Of a DNA stretch of 64,000 nucleotides, positions 46,334 through 54,900 are shown one piece after another; positions within the stretch are counted from its first letter, which is position 1; each line of letters opens with the position of its first letter. Source of the stretch: a virus; the IMG/VR virus record IMGVR_UViG_3300017589_000271, positions 3,725 to 67,724 of that record. The stretch is one strand, 5' to 3'. The translations under genes and the position numbers were made by a program. The notes beneath the pieces are model-generated. The model had not been told where the DNA came from, ran no database searches, and saw only the letters and a program-made list of their open reading frames with translations.

Positions 46334-47796
46334 TGCCAGTTATAATAAAAGGTAGTGGAGGAAGTGGCAGTAGTGAGCCATACAGCATAAAAACACTATC
46401 GGCACTGCCAACAACAGGCAAGGAGAACGATATCGTTGTTATTAGTGATGTGGCAGCACCTTTAGTTGTGTTAGATACCACAGCACCAACACTAGACACT
46501 AACTTTCCTAGTGGAAGTATATTCATCAAAAAAGCTTTAACAAGTGCAAATATAATCAATCATGGTAAAAAAGTTGTTGATTATGATGCTATTGTTTCAG
46601 CACAACAAAACATCAACGGTGTGTTAGAGAACAAGGCAGGCTATGTTTACAAAAATAACGCTTGGGTAAAATTCAGCAGTGGAATTTTAATTTACGGTTG
46701 TAAGATTGATAAAAACAATTCTGACCCACTTACAAGAGTATCCTATACGGATATGGCAGTTGGAATGACACCATGTAGTATGAACTACACTACTGGTGTG
46801 TTTAATTATGGCAGTTGGGAGGAGCTTATCAACCAGTTAGCCACTCCTGTAATGCTTAACTATAACGGTACTGTTGCCTATGAATTAGACAGAACTAACC
46901 AAACAAAAAAAGCTGATGGAACAGCTAGTGACATATCAAATACAAGCTTTAACGGTAACGCAATGGTGCAGATGAAAAAGATATACACAAAGGTATACAG
47001 TGATGATTTGTACGACTATTTTAAATTCTCATTTGATAAAGTTGACGATAGTTATTATGCTTATGCGTTCACAAATCAAAACGCCATTGAACAAGATTTT
47101 GCCTATATGCCAATGTTTCGAGGTAGTTCTATTAATGGTAAAATGCGAAGCGTTGCAGGGCAGACACCACTTGGAAATTTAACTGGTGCTCAAGAAATAG
47201 CTTTAGCAAGTGCAAATGGTACAGGATATTATACTCAATATTGGAGTATGTGGAACTTGAAGATGCAATTATTATTTTTAGTTGGTAAAAGCACAAATTC
47301 ACAAGAAACTTTTGGAAATGGAAATATGTCTTCATCTGCTCCATTATCAACTGGTGCTTTAAAAGACAAAGGTGCTTTTTATGGTTACAACACAGCCACG
47401 CAACAAGTTAAATGCTTTTATAGTGAGGTTATGTGGGCAGACCAATACGATAGAACAATGGGTTGTGTCACTGATGCAAGCAGTAATATTAAAGTTAAAA
47501 TGTTCCCTCCATACAACGAACTTGGTACAAACTATCTTGCATTGGGTTTATTTCCTGCAAGTGGATATTTAAAAGATGCCACTTTTTCAGAAAAGGGTAT
47601 ATTACCTAAAAATGCAACTGGAAGTGCGACTACTTATTTTTGTGATTATAATAATTTTGGTGCTTCTAATTACGTGTTCGTTGGCGGTCGCTACGGTGAT
47701 GGTTCTGCTTGTGGTTCTTCGTTCTTGTACTTGGCTCGTGCGTTTTCTCTTGCGGATGCGCGTTATGGTGCGAGCCTATTCTACATAAAACCTTAG
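46333..47796 (+). CDS. Receptor-binding protein with C-terminal C-type-lectin fold; DGR target
   Basis: C-terminus GSATTYFCDY..VFVGG.Y..GS.CG.....A.S.A...YGASL, the pattern of Mtd-like DGR targets. Confidence 0.8.
   Translation: MPVIIKGSGGSGSSEPYSIKTLSALPTTGKENDIVVISDVAAPLVVLDTTAPTLDTNFPSGSIFIKKALTSANIINHGKKVVDYDAIVSAQQNINGVLENKAGYVYKNNAWVKFSSGILIYGCKIDKNNSDPLTRVSYTDMAVGMTPCSMNYTTGVFNYGSWEELINQLATPVMLNYNGTVAYELDRTNQTKKADGTASDISNTSFNGNAMVQMKKIYTKVYSDDLYDYFKFSFDKVDDSYYAYAFTNQNAIEQDFAYMPMFRGSSINGKMRSVAGQTPLGNLTGAQEIALASANGTGYYTQYWSMWNLKMQLLFLVGKSTNSQETFGNGNMSSSAPLSTGALKDKGAFYGYNTATQQVKCFYSEVMWADQYDRTMGCVTDASSNIKVKMFPPYNELGTNYLALGLFPASGYLKDATFSEKGILPKNATGSATTYFCDYNNFGASNYVFVGGRYGDGSACGSSFLYLARAFSLADARYGASLFYIKP
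47671..47782 (+). other. DGR variable region (VR)
   Basis: Only 5 A in the 100 nt 47673-47772, inside an otherwise A-rich gene. Confidence 0.8.
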
Positions 47797-47833
47797 CAAC
47801 ACAATAAAAACATAGTCAAAAGGAGAATTTAAA

Positions 47834-48070
47834 ATGCAAACATATAAATCACAAAGCAATACAAGACCATTAGAGTGGGATATCACATCAAGTCCTACAA
47901 CAGTTTATCATAATTATAGCGTTGTTGAGAGCGAAAAAGAGGGTGAAATATCATATGAATATGCTGTTGATAAAATGACACATCAAGAATACAATATTCA
48001 TTTGCAAAGGCAGATTACAACACAGCAAACTATAATAGACGAAATACTGCTTGCAAATTTGGGGGTGTAA
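47834..48070 (+). CDS. XkdW-like small fibre-associated protein
   Basis: Position between fibre gene and XkdX-like gene; YEY plus short coiled coil. Confidence 0.6.
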   Translation: MQTYKSQSNTRPLEWDITSSPTTVYHNYSVVESEKEGEISYEYAVDKMTHQEYNIHLQRQITTQQTIIDEILLANLGV

Positions 48071-48072
48071 TA

Positions 48073-48198
48073 ATGTATGAAACATTAAAAAGGCTATATA
48101 GAGAGGGCAGGTTGACCGATACTGGGCTTGCAAGGGCTGTTGAAAGAGGTTGGATAATGCAAGCACAAGCAGATGAAATCAAGGCGAGTAAAGAATAA
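48073..48198 (+). CDS. XkdX-like protein
   Basis: Manual translation MYETLKRLYREGRLTDTGLARAVERGWIMQAQADEIKASKE. Confidence 0.75.
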   Translation: MYETLKRLYREGRLTDTGLARAVERGWIMQAQADEIKASKE

Positions 48199-48230
48199 AC
48201 AAGATTAAATTTTGAAATGGGGGATTAAGT

Positions 48231-48626
48231 TTGGCAAGTATTGTAATAGAAAACAAGCATAATCGAATACGCACTATTTTATCGGTTGATGAACTTGATT
48301 TATCAACCGAGATAATAGATTATCCAGAGTATAACAATTTAGCCGAACGAAGCGTTAAGCTTAAAGTGCCTAATTGGGAAAGTTTAGCCGAAGATGAAAG
48401 GTTAATTTTTGAAAGTTGTATATTATACAAAACTGCCGAACTTCTTATCCCTTATTGTTTAGCAACTGCAAACAGCGTGAAAGTTGAACAGACAACACAT
48501 TCAAAGATTGAATATTTCCAAACGAATGCACAGGATAAATATTTGAGTATTCGAGATACATTAGATGAACTACTATCACAAATAACTGATAGTGGTTCTT
48601 CTTTTTTTGGTTTTGATATAAGTTAA
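48231..48626 (+). CDS. Head-tail adaptor (putative)
   Basis: Size and synteny. Confidence 0.55.
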   Translation: MASIVIENKHNRIRTILSVDELDLSTEIIDYPEYNNLAERSVKLKVPNWESLAEDERLIFESCILYKTAELLIPYCLATANSVKVEQTTHSKIEYFQTNAQDKYLSIRDTLDELLSQITDSGSSFFGFDIS

Positions 48627-48639
48627 GAGGTGCTAGTAA

Positions 48640-49290
48640 ATGCAACAATTTGAAAAAATCATACATAGGCAAGGCGAAACATTGCACTTAATTACTGCTT
48701 CCACTTCCCTACCGTTTAAAGCTAGTTTAACGGAGAGTACAAAGGCAACATATAGCGTAAATAATCGTGCTAACTTCTTTCAAGGGCAATCTTTAAAACG
48801 GACTTTAGACGGTACAAGCAATGTTGAAGTTGGAGATTATTTCACAAGAGATACAGACGATAACAAAGTTTATTTTGTAATGTCAACTATCCCCGAGCCA
48901 CGTTGCACTAACTTAATGTTTATGTACGTTGTACGGTGCAATACGAAGATTACGATAACACGATATAGCGAGAGTGTAGACCCAAATGACGAAACGCAAA
49001 GTATAAAAGGTGATGTTGCCATTGCGACAGATGTATGGGCGAACAAAGATGTCGTTACCCGCTCTATGAAAGGCACTAATGATGGTTTACTTGACCAAGC
49101 TATATACCTTGTCTATCTTCCTAGAAAGTACGGTGTAAAGCTTATGGATAAGGTGTGCATAGGTGATGTGATATACCGAGTTGAGAGTATTAACGATATT
49201 CTTATCAACGCAGATATGACAGGGGGTGTTGATGTGCTACAACTTACTTATCTTTCTCAAAAGGCGGTACAAAAAAATGAGTTTAACTAA
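48640..49290 (+). CDS. Head closure/stopper (putative)
   Basis: Synteny; beta-rich with YRVESIND. Confidence 0.55.
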   Translation: MQQFEKIIHRQGETLHLITASTSLPFKASLTESTKATYSVNNRANFFQGQSLKRTLDGTSNVEVGDYFTRDTDDNKVYFVMSTIPEPRCTNLMFMYVVRCNTKITITRYSESVDPNDETQSIKGDVAIATDVWANKDVVTRSMKGTNDGLLDQAIYLVYLPRKYGVKLMDKVCIGDVIYRVESINDILINADMTGGVDVLQLTYLSQKAVQKNEFN

Positions 49291-49828
49291 ATTTTTACGT
49301 TTTAATTCAAGTGCTTGTTTCAACGATTTATACCAAGAAATCAGTAAAACTGCTGATATTTTAATCGCAGAATATGAAGCTGAAATAAGGCAAGGTATGT
49401 ATACTCCACAGGGTGCAGAAAGTATTCACTTAGGAATAAGCACAGACGATAAGAAACTACTACACAGAGAGGTTGTCGGTGGTGCGTGGGCAATTATAGA
49501 CAGTTACGGTACAGGCTCTAAAATGGATAAAAATAATCCGTTTTATGAGGAATATAAACAATCTAGTTACTACAACCCTGCTAGATATGGCGACCAAATT
49601 GTAGGTAGACCAGAGGGAGAATACGAGAATATTTTTGGCGAAGAAGAATATTCAAGTGGAAAAAACGAAGGTAAAAACCTAGAGGGGTATTATTCAAAAT
49701 CAGTTATTGCACCAAGTAAAGCTTTTCAAAATGCTTTAATTTGGTTTAAAGCAGGTAATCGAATAAGCAAAAGAATAAAGCAATGTGTATCTAGCTTTAA
49801 TTTTACTAGATATTTTACAAATGGTTAG
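49277..49828 (+). CDS. Neck/tail completion protein (putative)
   Basis: SYGTGSKMD motif; synteny. Confidence 0.55.
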   Translation: MSLTKFLRFNSSACFNDLYQEISKTADILIAEYEAEIRQGMYTPQGAESIHLGISTDDKKLLHREVVGGAWAIIDSYGTGSKMDKNNPFYEEYKQSSYYNPARYGDQIVGRPEGEYENIFGEEEYSSGKNEGKNLEGYYSKSVIAPSKAFQNALIWFKAGNRISKRIKQCVSSFNFTRYFTNG

Positions 49829-49831
49829 GAG

Positions 49832-50269
49832 TTGATACGAGATATGCCAGTTACTCCAAGCGACGATAAAAAAGCGTTTTGGAAACGAATACGTTATGAC
49901 CCTGTTGTTTTAAATCTTATGGGGTGGGAAGAAGCACCCCCTATTAGTCTAGCAACTCAAATTATTATGAAAAAAGCTATCCCCGATATTTTGCAAGCAG
50001 GTAGTAAGTATATCTGCATTTATAATGTACCAAGTAGAAAAACACAGGATATTCACTTTTCAGATACTGTAATGCAAATTGATATGTTCGTGCCTTATGA
50101 CGAAAGTGACATAGCGGATAAGGCAATGACGCAGATTATAAAAAAATGTGCAAATAACTTTACGATTAATAATCGTCCAGTTATATTCGACGCACTCATA
50201 GGAGATATTCCCGCACCGACAGGTTTTTACTGTAATTCGGTGCGGTTTTATTATTATTCAACCATCTAA
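49832..50269 (+). CDS. Tail terminator (putative)
   Basis: MQIDMFVP; directly before major tail gene. Confidence 0.55.
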   Translation: MIRDMPVTPSDDKKAFWKRIRYDPVVLNLMGWEEAPPISLATQIIMKKAIPDILQAGSKYICIYNVPSRKTQDIHFSDTVMQIDMFVPYDESDIADKAMTQIIKKCANNFTINNRPVIFDALIGDIPAPTGFYCNSVRFYYYSTI

Positions 50270-50296
50270 ATTTTATTTTAAAAGGAGATTATTATT

Positions 50297-51109
50297 ATGG
50301 CAGGAACAACTAAGACACTAGAAAAAGCTATTGTTTTCCCAGTGGCAGGACATTTTATGCTTCAGCGTTACGACAAAAACGGTATACTTGACCCGACACA
50401 ATTTTATTCATCTGCACACGGTATCGTTAAGAGCATAAAACGTGCTAACGCTCTCACAACAAGTGAAATGGCTGACGGAAACAGTGTATATGCGGCGAAA
50501 GAATATCCAACAAAAGAGGAAAACACTATCACTATCGGACTATCTACATACGACGCAGAACTTGAAGCTTTCCTAAAGGGTATTGACCTTACAGAAACCA
50601 CAGCAGATATTATGTCTGTTATGGAAGCAATTTCAATTCCAGCTGACGGTATTGTTGTTTTAGGGAACAAGGTAAAAGACGCCACTTTCAGAATATTTGC
50701 CAAAGACAAGCTAGGAAATGTTTTTGAAAAAGCTGAAACCACAGCAACAACAGGGCAATATACAGCGGTAGTTGCTGAAAACGTAGCAACTTTAACTTTT
50801 ACAGGAGCTGACGAGGGCAAGGAACTATACCTAGTATACGACGCACAATTTGCAAACATTGCAAAAATGAAATATTCAGAAAAAGCAAAGATTATCCCTA
50901 TGCAAGTTACAATTATCGGTGAAGCTAATTCCTTTGATGAGGTGCAAACTTATGTTACTAATATCGTAATTGATAAAGCGACTTCTTCTGGAGGTATTAC
51001 ACCACCAGAACAAACAAATGACCCAACAGGTGGTTGGGAAATCACTCTAAAAACAGGTAAACCAAGAGCAGGAAAACAACCAGTTGAAGTTTCTTTTGGA
51101 AACAACTAA
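50297..51109 (+). CDS. Major tail (tube) protein
   Basis: Thr/Ala/Gly-rich 270 aa, strong RBS, followed by terminator and chaperones. Confidence 0.75.
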   Translation: MAGTTKTLEKAIVFPVAGHFMLQRYDKNGILDPTQFYSSAHGIVKSIKRANALTTSEMADGNSVYAAKEYPTKEENTITIGLSTYDAELEAFLKGIDLTETTADIMSVMEAISIPADGIVVLGNKVKDATFRIFAKDKLGNVFEKAETTATTGQYTAVVAENVATLTFTGADEGKELYLVYDAQFANIAKMKYSEKAKIIPMQVTIIGEANSFDEVQTYVTNIVIDKATSSGGITPPEQTNDPTGGWEITLKTGKPRAGKQPVEVSFGNN

Positions 51110-51130
51110 ATAGTAATTAAGTAGAATATT

Positions 51131-51155
51131 GAGGGTAGTTTGTCTACCCTCTTTT
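51131..51155 (+). terminator. Intrinsic terminator
   Basis: GAGGGTAG/CTACCCTC plus TTTT. Confidence 0.75.
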
Positions 51156-51185
51156 CTATTTTAAAAACGAAAGGAAAATTTAATT

Positions 51186-51898
51186 ATGAATATTCAAGAC
51201 CAAAAATCTTTAGAAAATACAAACAAAGAAGCTATAACAGATAACAGAGATTTCAGCGCCAAAGGACGAGAATATGCAATTATTGTTATGCCTTTAGCTT
51301 ATGTATTGGAATACACTCAACTACCTTTAGGGTTAATGCTACCCTCTGAAACAGGTGACTATTCTAGCGTATACGGAAATTTTGCAAAAACAAAATACCG
51401 TGATGAAGATGGTGCGATAAAAGACATTGATATGAAGATAGAAATTGAAAAGTGGATACCACGTTTATTGAAATACAAAGGTAAACCAGCAAGTTTAGAA
51501 TTGTTATACGAACACGAATGGGATATATACGATTTTGGGAACTTTTTAAAAAAGGCAATACAAATATCGGGGTAGATAGGGCTGATTTATTTAAAGACGG
51601 CGACAATTCAGCCACAAATAAAGATATATGGAGTTACCTATTAGATATACTTTCGATATTTGAAGCAAGTGGAACACAGAAACATATTGTTTTAGGGTAT
51701 ACTTTGCCTTATATCTATGCTGTCTATCCCAAGATGATGGAACAAAAGCTCAATTCAATTAATCCGTTTGGATTTATGGGCGGTGGTGAAACAACAACTA
51801 CTAGCACAGACAATGAAACACCGCAATCAAAAGAAAACGGAAGTAACGGCAAATTAACCGATAAAGGTGTGTTAGATTTCTTTAGCGGTATGTTGTAA
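51186..51898 (+). CDS. Tail assembly chaperone G (51186..51575) and -1 frameshift extension GT (to 51898)
   Basis: In-frame T TTA AAA AAG (51545-51554) upstream of the stop; -1 frame open to 51898; lies between tail tube and tape measure. Confidence 0.8.
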
Positions 51899-51977
51899 TA
51901 AAAATATACAATATCTTTTATTTTAGCAATCAACTATTGTTGGTTGCTTTTATATTTTTAGAAAGGAGTTCAAAACA

Positions 51978-54900
51978 ATGTTAGGTGAAAACACAAGCGA
52001 GAACAAACATTTAGCTAGTCTTGATTTTAATATAAGTGGGATACTTCCTCAAATGCAAGAGGTCGAGCGTATTGTTAGAGAAACAGGGTTATCTTTAAAG
52101 CAAGTTGTAGAAAGTAACTTCAACATTGGCGAAGCTATCAACAAGCAAATACAAACAAGTGCAGGAGCTTTTAGTACAACAGGAATGTCTACAAATTTAG
52201 AGAACTCTGTAAAACGTGTTGGAATGTCCTTAAAAAAAGCAACCGAACTAATGATACAAGAAAACGACCCTAATGCTTTATTGGCTAAATATTTGCGAAA
52301 CGGCGGTAAAAAAACAATAATCGGCTGGAATGAAGCAATGGAAAAAGAAATGAAACATTCTGCACCTGACTTAAAAAAATCATTATCAAGTTATGTTAAA
52401 TGGGATAACACAGGTAAAAGTGCTGGTATAGATGTTTTCCGTTCAGAGATTGAGGAGTTGGGTATAACAACAAGCCATATAGGAAACGAATATGAATTAA
52501 TGTTAGATGTATATGAGCGTATTAACCAATTTAGGAATAAACGAAATTATATGGCTTCTGGGGAAATGTACGAAGATGAAGTGAAAGGCTTAATGAAATA
52601 CCGATATAGTCTTTCGGAAACAGAAGATGAATTAAGAGATTTTCTTATTGCACAAGAACAAACTAAAAGGATAACAACAGATTTCACAGGTACACAACTA
52701 GGTAATTTAGGTTCTGCTGATTTAGACGCTAGAATTGCTAAAATCAGAGAAGTTGCAGGAGTTGAAGAACAACTTAAAATATCAACAGACGAAGAGGGTA
52801 ACATTAGACGAGCAGTCGTTGATTATACTGACCAGCAAGGCAGGAAGATAAGGGAAACAATTAATCTTACAAATGAACTAAATAACGAAACAGGCGAAAT
52901 GGAAAGTAGGGTTAAAAACACAAATTTTGATTACATAGACCAATCGCTAAAACGTGCAAATGACGAATTGAAACAACTTCACACAAATTTTAAAGCTTAT
53001 GCTGATTTAAAGAAACAATCAGAAACAAAAAATATGTTGCCTAAAGAGCAAGATGTTGTTCAAGAACGATTGACTAGAGCTACAAAAGAATATCAAGAAA
53101 GTTTAGTTAAAGTTGTTCAATATGGAAATCAAGGCTTGATTACACAAGAACAATATATACAGATTGCAGAAAAAGAAAAAATGCTACAAGATGATATTCT
53201 TATTACTAAAGAAAAACAAGCCCAAGCTGACAACGAGAAATATCAAGCAATTGCTAAACAGTTTGAAAAAGAACAAAGTATGCTACAACAAAATCTAAGT
53301 AAAAACGCCAACAATGTTCAAAAAGACGGATTAGACGAACAGCACCTTGTTAATATTAGGAAAATACAAGTTGAACTTGAACAATTAGGGCGTGAAAGTA
53401 GTGTCATAACCCAAGACGAATTAACTCAATTAGATATACTAAGGCGACAATCTGAAGCTATTGAACAACAAGTGTTGCAAGAAAAACGAAAATCTGAACT
53501 TGCAAAAAAAACAGAGCAAGACGAAAAAAATATCTTATCTGTATATGAGCGTTCAGCTAAATTGCAAGCACAAATAAAAATGTCTAAGGCAACAGGTAGC
53601 CAAGCTTTAAGCAGGGAAACAAGCTTAATTAGACAACAGGCAGAACAGCTATTTAAAAGGCTTTCAACAGACGGCAAAATTACTGACGAAATGAAACAGC
53701 AAACAGCCGAATTGTCAAAGCAACTTAATCTACTTGAAACACAAGCTAAAGTCAATATTTCTAGCAACCCTAAAGTTAATAATAAAGGTATGTTAGGCGA
53801 GATTGCAAGTAAAGCTAAATGGTATGTTGCTGGGTCCGCTGCCTTTGCAGGGGGATATGTTGCAAAACAGGCTTTGCAAACACTTACAGACGTTGAATAC
53901 AAGGTAATGGAAATAACAAGGGTTATGAACGATAGTACACTTAATGTACAATCATTTCAAGAGGAACTGTTCAACCTTGCAGTAGGATATGGACGTTCTT
54001 TTGATGATGTATCAGAAGTTGCTTTACGTTTCGCACAGGCAGGATATAGCGTTAAAGATACTATATCTATGACTAAGGATAGCTTACTTGCTTTAAACAC
54101 TGCTGAACTTGATGTAGAGAACTCTACTCAATCTATGATAGGTATTATGCAACAATGGGGATATGAAGCAACAGAATTATCAACTATCATTGATAAAATC
54201 AACTACACGGCAGATAACAACCCTATTACTTCCCAAGACCTTGTTGACGGGTTGCTACAAGCAGGTGCGGCGGCTAAAACAGCTAAGATTAGTTTTGACG
54301 ATACAATCGGCACCTTAACAGCAATGAAAGAAGCAAGTGGCAGAACTGGACGTGAAGTTGGTAATGCTTTTAAATCTATTATTGCATATACCCAACGTGA
54401 CAAGTCGTTTGATACGTTTGAAAGTTTAGGCATAAAAGTATTCGCAGATGAAGCAAAGACTATGCTCCGCCCTACCCTTGATACAATAGGAGATTTATCC
54501 GCCAAATTCAAAGAAAACGGTAATATTGTTGTTGATACACTTTTGAAAGACGAGGGTGCTGCTGAATTACTAAACGAGAGTATGGCTGAACTTATAGGAA
54601 GTTCAGAGAATTATTCAGCTATTAAACAAGCTGAAAGTGACGCTACTAATCAATCATTAACCGATATGGAAAGACTTGACGCTGTTCAAACAGCAGGTAT
54701 GCACAGACGTACATACTTCATTTCTTTACTTGAAAACTTTAATAAAATTCAAGAAGTTTCAACAGCTTTACAAAACGCAGAGGGTTATTCATTAACAGAA
54801 AACGCAAAACATATGGAAACTCTAAAAGCTAAAGTTGTTCAACTTGTAGAAAGCTTAAAGCAACTTGCCGTACAAGCAGGTGAAGCAGGGTTAATGAATA

